This document shows, piece after piece, positions 8,369 to 17,380 of a DNA stretch of 64,000 nt. How positions within the stretch are numbered: the first letter of the stretch is position 1; each line of letters opens with the position of its first letter. The position numbers were made by a program, and so were the translations under genes. Location of the stretch: positions 67,441 to 131,440 of the forward strand of contig QHVH01000004.1 in assembly GCA_003222245.1 (NCBI GenBank). The letters run 5' to 3'. This DNA comes from Blastocatellia bacterium AA13 (GTDB lineage: Bacteria; Acidobacteriota; Blastocatellia; UBA7656). The notes below the pieces were generated by a model. It was not told the DNA's origin. It did not search any database and worked only from the letters and a program-made list of their open reading frames with translations.

Positions 8369-10669
8369 GTGAAAGTACCGTTGCCAAATCTTGATGATCG
8401 CCGCTGGGCCGACCTCGTCGACGAAGGCCGCTCGCTGATACCGGTCTATGCGCCCGATTGGACGGATCACAATGCGCACGATCCCGGAATAACGCTCATC
8501 GAGTTGTTCGCGTGGATCGCGGAGATGGATGTCTATCAGCTCAATCGCATCTCCGATGAAGAAAAGCTGAAGTTCCTCGCCCTGGTCGGAATAACTCCGG
8601 AGCCGCCCCAGACCGCCCACACGGTCCTGAGCCCTTCCTTAAAGGGCGCGGTTTCGCGTCGCTTCGATAGAGGCGCACAGTTCGGCTGCAAGGATTCATT
8701 CGGCGAGCCGATTCTGTTCAGGCTTACGCATCCGGTCACCGCAATGCCCGGTCAGCTTGCGGCGGTTCAGTTCAAGGACGCGAAAGGGTTCCACGACCTC
8801 ACTCCGCGACTGCGGAGAGGCGAGCCGCTGGGCCTGTTTGGCGATGTGCCCGTAATCGGAACCGAGCTCTATCTTGGATTCACACTGCAACCGGTTCTAA
8901 ACGAACCTCTCAATCTGTACTTCGGCTTCACCGGAAGCCGCTCGGGTTTCGATGAACGGCGTCGGTTGCTTGAAGAAAAGAAGAGTCTCTTAAGCGGATG
9001 CCGTCACGCCGCCGATTGCGATAAGGAAGATTGTAGGAACAAGAATTATCACGGCGATCACCATCACCATCACGATCACGATCACCATCACCGTGATCGT
9101 GAAGCGCAAAGGCCGCATCAATCGCTCTCGTTGAACCGAGTGCGGCTGACGTGGGAGTTTGCCGCGAAGGTTAACGACAAACTGGTATGGAAGCCCTTCG
9201 ATGGAAAGCTGAAACAGGTTCGCGATTTCACTCGAAGCTTCACGCTCGACGGCCGCGTGTTGATTCAGGTTCCCGCCGAGATGATTTCTCAATCGCTCGG
9301 TCACGTTGCGCCGGCGCTCTACTACATTCGCTGCAGGTTCGAAGCCGGAGCCTACGACGCGCCGCCGACAGCATCGAACATCGTTATGAACGCCGCGCTC
9401 GCGGAGCAATCCGCGCCCGTTACCGAGAGCTTACCGATCACGTCGGGAGTGACCGCGACGGGAACGGCGCCGAATCCTGGAGACATTCAGGCCATCGAGA
9501 TTGATCTCGATCAAACAGGGTTCATAACAAGCCTGGAATTCAAAGCTCCGACAAACGAATCGCCGGGTTTCCAGATCATCGAATATAAGCCCGCAACCAA
9601 TACCGCAAGCGGGCGGCTGATCATAAGAGCAGCGTGGCTCGGATACGCCAACGGCCGGCCTCATCAACAAGCAGCATTGCCCATTGCCGAAGCTCAACAG
9701 AAAAGCCTCAGGCTCTACTCCGAAGAGGAAGGCCGCTGGCGAATCTGGACCCGGGTCAACGATTTCATTCGTTCAACGCGGCGAGACGCGCGCTTCGAGC
9801 TCGATGCGGCCGAAGCGACGATCATTTTCAGCGACGGCGAGCACGGCCGGGTTCCGCCTGAAGGCGCGAAGCTCTTCGCCGTTTACCGAGCGACCCGGGC
9901 GGAACACGGAAACATAGCTGCTGGAGCCGATTTCAATCTTAGCGACTCGCTTCTCAATCGGATTATTGTTCCGGATTTCGATGCCGTGAGCGCGGACATA
10001 ACGGGTATCACCAACGCCGTAGAAGCGACAGGCGGAACGCCCGCGGAAACTCTGGATCACGCTATTGGTCGAGCCGTCGAATTGATGGACTCGAACTGGC
10101 GGGCCGTAACGCTTCGAGACTGTGAGGAGCTTGCGATCAAGACTCCAGGGGCTCGAATCGCCAGAGCGACGGCCCGCCCCGCACTCCACCCGGGGTTCCC
10201 GTGTTTCGACGCGCCGGGATTGATCACGCTGATCGTGTTGCCGGATATGCCCTCGGCCCGGCCGATGCCGGGCGTCGGTTTGCTTCACGATGTCGAGGCC
10301 TACCTGCGTCCGCGCGAGATCATCGGCACTCGGGTCGAGGTCGTCGGCCCGCGTTACCTCGAAGTAACCGTCGCCGCCGCGGTGAAGGTCCTGGACAAAG
10401 CAAGCAAGACCGCTGTTCAGCGAGACGTGATTGCGGCCTTGAATCGCTTCTTCAATCCGCTCAACGGCGGTCCGGATGGAACCGGTTGGCCCTTCGGCCG
10501 GGATGTATACAGATCGGAAGTCTTACAGGTAATCGACGAGGTTCCGGGCGTCGACTACGTGATTAGTCTGGAGCTCTTCGCCGATGGCTGCGGGCCGCAA
10601 TGCGGCAACGTGTGCCTTGGCCCAACGTGGCTGGTCGCGGCCGGCGATCACGAAATTACCGTTAGCTGA
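8369..10669 (+). CDS. second baseplate wedge protein (baseplate-J-related, Afp12/Cis12-like), with internal His/Asp-rich insert
   Basis: The segment TGGTPAETLDHAIGRAVELMDSNWRAVTLRDCEELAIKTPGARIARATARP is baseplate-J-like. A GTG start follows the previous stop. The insert YHGDHHHHHDHDHHHRDRE lies at about nt 9046-9108. Confidence 0.55.
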   Translation: MKVPLPNLDDRRWADLVDEGRSLIPVYAPDWTDHNAHDPGITLIELFAWIAEMDVYQLNRISDEEKLKFLALVGITPEPPQTAHTVLSPSLKGAVSRRFDRGAQFGCKDSFGEPILFRLTHPVTAMPGQLAAVQFKDAKGFHDLTPRLRRGEPLGLFGDVPVIGTELYLGFTLQPVLNEPLNLYFGFTGSRSGFDERRRLLEEKKSLLSGCRHAADCDKEDCRNKNYHGDHHHHHDHDHHHRDREAQRPHQSLSLNRVRLTWEFAAKVNDKLVWKPFDGKLKQVRDFTRSFTLDGRVLIQVPAEMISQSLGHVAPALYYIRCRFEAGAYDAPPTASNIVMNAALAEQSAPVTESLPITSGVTATGTAPNPGDIQAIEIDLDQTGFITSLEFKAPTNESPGFQIIEYKPATNTASGRLIIRAAWLGYANGRPHQQAALPIAEAQQKSLRLYSEEEGRWRIWTRVNDFIRSTRRDARFELDAAEATIIFSDGEHGRVPPEGAKLFAVYRATRAEHGNIAAGADFNLSDSLLNRIIVPDFDAVSADITGITNAVEATGGTPAETLDHAIGRAVELMDSNWRAVTLRDCEELAIKTPGARIARATARPALHPGFPCFDAPGLITLIVLPDMPSARPMPGVGLLHDVEAYLRPREIIGTRVEVVGPRYLEVTVAAAVKVLDKASKTAVQRDVIAALNRFFNPLNGGPDGTGWPFGRDVYRSEVLQVIDEVPGVDYVISLELFADGCGPQCGNVCLGPTWLVAAGDHEITVS

Positions 10670-10691
10670 GAATCGAGTTTAGAGAAGGCCT

Positions 10692-11873
10692 ATGTTCACA
10701 TCAGGCGAATTCGATGTAGAGCGGTTTCGCTACTGGCAGGGACAGATGCTCCGGTCGCGCGATTTTCGCGATCAGTTCAATGTCGAAGCCGAGCTGCGAT
10801 GGTGGCACAACCGGGCGCTGCACGGCGCCTACGGCGTTCGCAGCGGCTTGAGCGTGACCGCGATCAAGGGTGAGCGGCGATCGATAACCGCCGTGGCGGT
10901 GGATTGCGGAGTCGCATATGACTGCTACGGGCGCGAGATCCTGCTTCAATGTCCGCGCGAGTTGCCGCTTCCGGTATCGAGCCGTCCGGTTCGCCGGTTT
11001 TCTTTGGTGCTTCGCTATAGAAACACGGAGGACTTTCCGAACGGAAGAGAGAGCCGAACCATATGCGCGGCTCCGATAGAAGAACCGGAGATCGCGTGGG
11101 TTCCGTCCGCGCGAATCGACGTGCGGTCGGGTGTCGTCATCGCGCAGTTGAGTTACGAATCCGCGGCGCCTCTCGAAGTCTTGCCGCCCGAGGTGAAGTT
11201 CCCGGATTCGCTTTCGGACCGGATCAGCTACGATGCGGCGAAGAAGCAGCTCGAATTTATCGGCGTAATGACGGCCGCGGAACAATCGCAGTTGCTCGCT
11301 ATTTCAGCGGATGCAGCCTATCCGCGAGCCGTTGAAAAGCTCTTCGAAGCCTCACGGCGGATCCCTGTTATTGTCGAAAACTTCATGCGAACGCCGGCCC
11401 GCGCGCTGACCCGGCCTCGCGTTGCGAGCGGCATGACCGTGGCCGGAGATACGCCGTGGGAGCCATGGATCGAATCCCTCGCGCTGAGGCGTGAAAAAGT
11501 ATCGAGCACGACGATCGGCATGCAGGTGACCATTGATACCTCGGCCGCGGGGTTCACCGAGACACCCTGCTACTTCGCGTGGTTGGAAGGAAAGTTGTGG
11601 GACAGGGGTAACCTCGCGTTCTTTCCCGTTCCGCTGACTCACATAGATAACCCTTCGATAAACCGCTTCAGATTTCGGCTGTGGATGCCGCCCATAGCGC
11701 TTGCGCTTGGATCGCGGCTTCGCAGGGCCAACGTGAACGTGGACGCGGAATTTATAAATTACGCTCGCGAGCACGGACTTGGCGTGTGCTGGATCGGGAT
11801 TCAGCCGATGCCATTTGTAGACAGGCCGTGCGGCGGCCACCCCATGGACTGCGCGACCGCGAGCGAGGAGTAG
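10692..11873 (+). CDS. paralogue A of a 4-member family (conserved N-terminal about 90-aa domain); candidate fibre / baseplate-attached protein
   Basis: The N-terminal pattern FRYWQGQML..RDF..QF..E.ELRWWHNRALHGAYGVRSGLSV...VAVDCGVAYDCYGREILL is shared with 11877, 15233 and 16045. A VIDTS..GF.TPCY block is shared with paralogue B. Confidence 0.55.
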   Translation: MFTSGEFDVERFRYWQGQMLRSRDFRDQFNVEAELRWWHNRALHGAYGVRSGLSVTAIKGERRSITAVAVDCGVAYDCYGREILLQCPRELPLPVSSRPVRRFSLVLRYRNTEDFPNGRESRTICAAPIEEPEIAWVPSARIDVRSGVVIAQLSYESAAPLEVLPPEVKFPDSLSDRISYDAAKKQLEFIGVMTAAEQSQLLAISADAAYPRAVEKLFEASRRIPVIVENFMRTPARALTRPRVASGMTVAGDTPWEPWIESLALRREKVSSTTIGMQVTIDTSAAGFTETPCYFAWLEGKLWDRGNLAFFPVPLTHIDNPSINRFRFRLWMPPIALALGSRLRRANVNVDAEFINYAREHGLGVCWIGIQPMPFVDRPCGGHPMDCATASEE

Positions 11874-11876
11874 ACG

Positions 11877-12962
11877 ATGGATTTCCTGCAAGAGACACGC
11901 TTCATAGAACGGCTTCAGTTCTTCAACGGCGAACGGCTCGATGAATCAGATCTTCAGGGGCTCGAAGCCTTCAATCGCGAGATGCGCTGGCTTCACAATG
12001 CCAGCCTTCATCAACCGGGAATCGGGAACGGATTCGCGGTCTCGGGAAAGAAGGGCGACCGCGAAGTTCAAATCGGACCCGGCTACGCCATCGATGCGCT
12101 GGGCCGCGAAATCGTGATGACACAAAGCCGAATTGAGGCCGTTCCGCCCGTGGCAAAGGAGGATGACGGCAGCGCCGTGCTGTTTGACCTTACGGTCTCA
12201 TATCCCGACGACCAGTATCTGGAAGCCGCCGAAACGCGCGTCGGCATCTGCACCGGACCCGGGGTGATTCGTCTCAAAGAAGAGCCTGTCTTCTGCTGGG
12301 TAAAACTGAGGACGAACGGCCAGCCCGTCGATCCATCAATCAAGCAGGAGATTCTCTCAGGCATGCGGATCATCCTTTGCCGCGCCGAGGTGCTCAATTG
12401 CCAGCTCTATAAAGATGTTTCTATCGCTCAGCGTTTGAACGCGCGTCCGGCAAAACAGCCGTACATATGCTGCGCTTCGGCTGATCTTGGATGGAAAGAA
12501 TGGACGATAGGAACTTTTGACGCCGACGCAATGGACTTTCAGGGATTTATCAGGCTCTTGTTTTCGGGCCTGCCGATGATTCTTCCGGTCGGCTTGCAAG
12601 CGGTGATCGACACTTCCTCGTGTGGATTCCTGACGACGCCCTGCTACAACGCGAGGATCTCGGGTCCTCGATTGAAACAATTCGAAGCGCCGGCTCCCGG
12701 CGGAAACACAATCGAGTCCAGTGAGGCGGGCTCCATCCTGATTCCGTTTATAGCGGATGGACAGATTCAGATTGTGGACCCATCTCCGACCAGCTTCACC
12801 GTAAACGTGCTGCTGATGGTTCAGACTCTGGTGAATCAGCAATTCACCGGCGGAGTTTCTCTTGTCGCTGCTCCGTCCGGCAGCGCCGGCGACGCCATTG
12901 GAAAACTGATCGAGAAATATTTCAGCGATTGGGACCTTGTATGGATGGGGGTCGAGGGTTAA
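11877..12962 (+). CDS. paralogue B of the same family
   Basis: RLQFFNGERL...DLQGLEAFNREMRWLHNASLHQPGIGNGFAV...GYAIDALGREIVM. The central AVIDTSSCGFLTTPCY matches paralogue A. Confidence 0.55.
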   Translation: MDFLQETRFIERLQFFNGERLDESDLQGLEAFNREMRWLHNASLHQPGIGNGFAVSGKKGDREVQIGPGYAIDALGREIVMTQSRIEAVPPVAKEDDGSAVLFDLTVSYPDDQYLEAAETRVGICTGPGVIRLKEEPVFCWVKLRTNGQPVDPSIKQEILSGMRIILCRAEVLNCQLYKDVSIAQRLNARPAKQPYICCASADLGWKEWTIGTFDADAMDFQGFIRLLFSGLPMILPVGLQAVIDTSSCGFLTTPCYNARISGPRLKQFEAPAPGGNTIESSEAGSILIPFIADGQIQIVDPSPTSFTVNVLLMVQTLVNQQFTGGVSLVAAPSGSAGDAIGKLIEKYFSDWDLVWMGVEG

Positions 12963-12965
12963 GAA

Positions 12966-15188
12966 GTGGAAGGAGACAACCGCACAAACTTTTCATACCT
13001 GAATCGCGACGGCGAGTGGCCCGGCTTTCATCGAAGCGGACTCGAGCTTCTGAGCGACGGCGCGCTGCGGTTGCACTCAGTGCCGCTGTTCGACGGCGAC
13101 TTGCCAGATGAGCTGCACGACGCGCCCGATCCTTCGGGTCCGGCCGGCATTGCCGCGGCTCCGGATGGATCGATCTTCTACAGCGACCCGGCCGGCAATC
13201 GCATCATTAGAATAGACGGCTGCGATGGGTCTACGGATGTAGTCCGCTGCATCGCGCGGGAGACCGGGTCGCCGGTTGGACTCAAGACGCCTCGCGGACT
13301 CTTGATTCCGAAGTACAGGCCTTCGCTATTTGTCGCCGACTCCGGAAACAGTCGAATTCAAGTATTCGACCTCGACACGTTTCAGCTTGTGGACGTGTGG
13401 GGACAGACGGACAAGGCGCACGGTGTAAGCCCCAACGCCGGGCCGGGCCGGTTCGATACGCCGTGGGCGCTCGATGCCGACGACAAAGGCGCCATATACG
13501 TAGTCGATTGGGGCAATGCTCGAGTGCGGAAGTTCAACCGCGCCGGAACCCTCGTGCCTTCATTCTGGGACACGATGAAGCAGGCGGGCCTGCTCGAGAA
13601 ACCGTCCGGCATCAGCGTCGCTTCGAAGGCCGGTCATACGCGGTTGTACGTTTTGGATGAATCCAAATTATGTATCTTCGTTTTTGACCAGGACGGCAAT
13701 CCGGTTAGCGACAGCGGCGGAAACCCCATCAATTTTGGAACGGGACTGTTGTCGAAGCCGATGGGTCTCGCGGCGTCAGACGATGCGGTTTACGTTGGTG
13801 ACAATCAGCGGCGCCGCATACTGGTATTCAAGCACGAAGATGATTACGGCTTCGCGGGTGAGGCGGTCGGTTATCAGGGTCCAATAGCGGCGCTGGCTTT
13901 GGATGGCAAAGGCCATCTGCTCGTGCACAGCGGCCTTGATGTCGCGCCGTTCAGCCTTGCAATCGACGAAGGATTTCAGAACAAAGGCGCATTGTGGAGC
14001 GGCCCAATTCGCGTTCGCGAGCTTCCGGTTAGATGGCATCGCCTGCAAGCGCTGATGAGCCGCACCGGATCAGGAGCGCGCCTCAGATTATTCGTTCACA
14101 CAGCAGACGACCAGACCGATCAGCCCGTCGTCAATTTCGCGGCGGATGACCCCTTCGCCGATCTTCGCTGGCGGCCTGCGTCGAGCGAGCCGTTTACGAA
14201 TCTGGACGACCTCTATATAGGAGGCGACGCGGCGACATATGTCTGGGTCGGAGCGCTCTTCTTGAGCGACGGTGTTTCGACCGCGGTGCTCTCTCAGCTC
14301 CGCGTCGAGTTCGATCACGAAACTTATTTGAAGCACCTGCCCGCGATCTATGGCGAGCCGTCTCCCTGCGGCGATTTCTTAACCAGGTTCCTGTCTCTGT
14401 TTGAGACGTTCTTTGATGGAACCGAGCAAACGATTGCCGAGATTGCGCGCTTCTTCGATCCGGCGGTTATCCCGTCCGAGTTCCTGTCGTGGCTCGCGGG
14501 GTGGCTCGCGCTCGAGCTCGATGAAGACTGGGACGAAGCGCGCAAGCGAGAGCTGATCGCCGAGGCATTTCAGATCTATGGAAGGCGTGGAACCGCGCGC
14601 GGCTTGCGAGAAGCGTTGCGGCTCTATGCGGGTGTGGACGCGATCATTGAAGAACCGATCAGATATGCGCAGTGGTGGGCGTTGCCTCGTGAATCCGCCT
14701 CGTGTGAATGCAGCGACGGTTCGCAAGCCTCAAACGAACCGAGATGGGAAGGCACGGAGAACTCGATTCTCGGCGTCAGCACTTCGCTTGCCGGAGCCGA
14801 GCCGCAGGGCGCCGTAGTCGGCTCGACCGCGATACTCGACCAGTCTCATTTGATAGGCAGCGAAGAATACGGCTCGCCGTTATTCGTGGATCTGGCGGAT
14901 CGATTTACGGTGCAGATCTACCGCGGCCAGTTGAGCTGCCCCGAAACTCTTGCGCGTGTACACGACGTGATACGCCGCGAGAAACCCGCGCATACGGACT
15001 ATCACCTGTGCGTGATCGAACCGCGATTGCGCGCCGGTTATCAAGCGCGAGTCGGAATAGACACCGTAGTCTCCGGACCTCCGCTGCCTTCGGCGCTTGA
15101 TGAAGCAAGCGAGATAGTGCTGGGCGGACAACCTGCCGGCCGCGCAGGCTCTGGAAACATGATCGGCATCACGGCCCGTGTCGGATGA
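12966..15188 (+). CDS. baseplate wedge / fibre-attachment protein, P2 gpI-family C-terminal domain fused to an N-terminal NHL-repeat beta-propeller
   Basis: NHL-type repeats are present (SIFYSDPAGNRIIRID; LFVADSGNSRIQVFD; IYVVDWGNARVRKFN; VYVGDNQRRRILVF). The C-terminal block FLSWLAGWLALELDEDWDEARKRELIAEAFQIYGRRGTARGLREALRLY is typical of phage tail protein I. It has a GTG start. Confidence 0.6.
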   Translation: MEGDNRTNFSYLNRDGEWPGFHRSGLELLSDGALRLHSVPLFDGDLPDELHDAPDPSGPAGIAAAPDGSIFYSDPAGNRIIRIDGCDGSTDVVRCIARETGSPVGLKTPRGLLIPKYRPSLFVADSGNSRIQVFDLDTFQLVDVWGQTDKAHGVSPNAGPGRFDTPWALDADDKGAIYVVDWGNARVRKFNRAGTLVPSFWDTMKQAGLLEKPSGISVASKAGHTRLYVLDESKLCIFVFDQDGNPVSDSGGNPINFGTGLLSKPMGLAASDDAVYVGDNQRRRILVFKHEDDYGFAGEAVGYQGPIAALALDGKGHLLVHSGLDVAPFSLAIDEGFQNKGALWSGPIRVRELPVRWHRLQALMSRTGSGARLRLFVHTADDQTDQPVVNFAADDPFADLRWRPASSEPFTNLDDLYIGGDAATYVWVGALFLSDGVSTAVLSQLRVEFDHETYLKHLPAIYGEPSPCGDFLTRFLSLFETFFDGTEQTIAEIARFFDPAVIPSEFLSWLAGWLALELDEDWDEARKRELIAEAFQIYGRRGTARGLREALRLYAGVDAIIEEPIRYAQWWALPRESASCECSDGSQASNEPRWEGTENSILGVSTSLAGAEPQGAVVGSTAILDQSHLIGSEEYGSPLFVDLADRFTVQIYRGQLSCPETLARVHDVIRREKPAHTDYHLCVIEPRLRAGYQARVGIDTVVSGPPLPSALDEASEIVLGGQPAGRAGSGNMIGITARVG

Positions 15189-15232
15189 TCGCGGGGAGAG
15201 GCAAGCCTCGCAAACAACCAGGAGGACAATTC

Positions 15233-16030
15233 ATGTCACATCACAACGTACAACAATCTCAGCGCCGCGATCTGAAGACGCCGGCCGATTTGAAGACCCC
15301 GGTGCGCAATCGGTACTTCTACGGCAAGCTGCTCGACGTCATGCAGCTCACGATGGAGCAGGATTACTTCAACTCCAAGCGGTCGCTGGCGAATCGTCTG
15401 ATCACTGGTCCGGGAGTTGTGTGCGGGCTGGACGTCGAGCTGACGAGCGACAACAAAGGCGTGATCGTTTTGCCCGGGGTCGCCATAGATCGATGCGGGC
15501 GCGAGATCATAGTCACGCATCCATCGAAACCCGTCGAGCTTCCGCCGCTCCCGCCGCACGAGTCCGAATCCGAAGACTACAAGCCGCGATACGGCGGCAG
15601 GTCCGAGCACCATCACTACTGCGAAGAGGAATACGCGCACGTGCTGCTCTGCTATCACGAATGTGAGAGCGATCCGGTTCGAGCAGTCGCGGGTGATTGC
15701 GAGACCGTTGCTTTTTGCGAGCCCGGTTGCATTCGCGAGCAATACGAAGTCGAAGTCCGTGAAGGCTTCGCGCCCGAGCGCAAGAGCAACTTTCCCGACG
15801 TGATCGACGGCCGGCGGATCAGCTACGCGGCGATAGCCGAATACGTGACCAGAGGATGCCGCGCTCTTCCGGACGATTGTTGCATACCGCTCGCGAATAT
15901 ACGGCTCAGGGACACCGACAACGGATGGGAGCCCGAGGTCGATATCGCTATTCGCCCAATCGTGTACAACAACCGGCTCTTGTTCGACCTGATCCAATCG
16001 CTGGTCAAAGACGAAGACACCGAATATTGA
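15233..16030 (+). CDS. paralogue C (short, 265 aa) of the 4-member family
   Basis: RNRYFYGKLLDVMQLTMEQDYFNSKRSLANRLITGPGVVCGLDV......VIVLPGVAIDRCGREIIV. An AGGAGGA ribosome-binding site precedes ATG 15233. The ORF track's 5' extension overlaps the gpI-like stop. Confidence 0.55.
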   Translation: MSHHNVQQSQRRDLKTPADLKTPVRNRYFYGKLLDVMQLTMEQDYFNSKRSLANRLITGPGVVCGLDVELTSDNKGVIVLPGVAIDRCGREIIVTHPSKPVELPPLPPHESESEDYKPRYGGRSEHHHYCEEEYAHVLLCYHECESDPVRAVAGDCETVAFCEPGCIREQYEVEVREGFAPERKSNFPDVIDGRRISYAAIAEYVTRGCRALPDDCCIPLANIRLRDTDNGWEPEVDIAIRPIVYNNRLLFDLIQSLVKDEDTEY

Positions 16031-16044
16031 GAGGGAGACGAGTC

Positions 16045-17277
16045 ATGAAAACCGCTACTGTATGCCGTGAGATTCCGTGCGATCACAGCGTCGCGGAGAG
16101 GCCTCGCTACTATGCGGGCAAGGTGATCACGCACTACGACCTGAACCTGGAACAGGATTACTTTCGCAGCAAGCTTCGCCGGCACAATCGCATGCTCCAC
16201 GGCTGGGGCGTGGTATGCGGCGCGCTTGTATGCAAGCTCCCGAAGTCCAAAGAGAACGGAACAAAGTTCGAGCCGTGGAAGGTCGTCGTCAAGCCGGGCT
16301 GCCTTCTCGGCCCCTACGGAGACGAGATCATCATCGACTGCATCCGCACCGTCGATCTTCGGACCCAGGGAGTCGTCGGAATCACCGGCGAGCCTTGTGT
16401 GGACGCCGTCGATCCATGGTGCAGTCAGGTCGTTCAGGAGCCTTCGGGCGGCAAGCTCTACATCGCGGTCAGGTACAAAGAGGTTCCGGCGAGGCCGGTT
16501 CGAGTACAGCCCGTTGGGTGCGGCTGCGATGACAGCCAGTGCGAGAATTCGCGATACGTGGATGGGTATGAGATCGCGGTATTGGATCACTGTCCTAACT
16601 CGGAAGATATTCCGCCGGGAAGGATTAGTACGAAGACCGGACCAATTCCGGAGTGTCCTCCGTGCCCGGACGAGCCGTGGGTCGGTTTGGCGGAAGTGGA
16701 AATCGATGCGGACGGCAATGTGACGATCGACAACTGCATCTGCAGACGCCTTGTTGTCTCGCTGGCGAACTCCTGGTGGCAATGCAGCGACGAGCAGGTC
16801 GCAGCGCGGCCGGCGCCCGAGGGCGGCCCCGAGGGCGGCATGAATTCTCCGGCTCCGCCCGTCAATCTGCCTCGCGCGGTTGTCATAAGAGCCGCTCAAC
16901 CCGCTGAAAGACTTCAACCCAATTCGGAAAACACCATCACGGTGACCGGCGAGAATCTGGATATGGTCAAGAGGGTCGACTTCGGGTCCGGAGCCGGAAT
17001 TGCGGTTGCGGGATTCGAAGCGACTCCGACCCAGCTAGTCGTACACGTCAAGCTCGATTCCAGCGCCGCCGCGGGTCCGCGCAGCCTGCTGCTTAGAGAC
17101 GCGGACGGCAGGGAGGTCGAGATGAAGAATGCCGTTTCGATTGAGGGAACGGCGCCGACGGGAAGCAACCCGTCTCAGCCGGCCCCGGCCAATCAGCCGC
17201 CGGCGGCTAAAGCGCAGGCATCAAGCTCGAAGACAGCAAGCAAACGGCCGCGCAAGACACCGAAGGAAGAGGTCTGA
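16045..17277 (+). CDS. paralogue D, with C-terminal IPT/TIG-like Ig domain and a Pro/Ala/Lys-rich tail
   Basis: RPRYYAGKVITHYDLNLEQDYFRSKLRRHNRMLHGWGVVCGALV. The C-terminus ITVTGENLDMVKRVDFGSGAGIAVAGFEATPTQLVVHVKLDSSAAAGPRSLLLRDADGREVEM is IPT-like. This is followed by NPSQPAPANQPPAAKAQASSSKTASKRPRKTPKEEV. A GAGGGAGA ribosome-binding site precedes ATG 16045. Confidence 0.55.
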   Translation: MKTATVCREIPCDHSVAERPRYYAGKVITHYDLNLEQDYFRSKLRRHNRMLHGWGVVCGALVCKLPKSKENGTKFEPWKVVVKPGCLLGPYGDEIIIDCIRTVDLRTQGVVGITGEPCVDAVDPWCSQVVQEPSGGKLYIAVRYKEVPARPVRVQPVGCGCDDSQCENSRYVDGYEIAVLDHCPNSEDIPPGRISTKTGPIPECPPCPDEPWVGLAEVEIDADGNVTIDNCICRRLVVSLANSWWQCSDEQVAARPAPEGGPEGGMNSPAPPVNLPRAVVIRAAQPAERLQPNSENTITVTGENLDMVKRVDFGSGAGIAVAGFEATPTQLVVHVKLDSSAAAGPRSLLLRDADGREVEMKNAVSIEGTAPTGSNPSQPAPANQPPAAKAQASSSKTASKRPRKTPKEEV

Positions 17278-17332
17278 TGAAGTAATCAGCGCCCAGGAAT
17301 CGAATCAACCGCGCGCTCTAGAAACAAATGTA

Positions 17333-17367
17333 GGGGCGGCCTCGGAGGGACCTCGGAGGGCCGCCCC
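17333..17367 (+). terminator. GC-rich stem-loop without a U-tract, between paralogue D and effector 1
   Basis: ggggcggcc at 17333-17341 pairs with ggccgcccc at 17359-17367. The loop carries a direct repeat tcggaggga/cctcggaggg. Confidence 0.3.
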
Positions 17368-17380
17368 TCCTGGCTAATCA

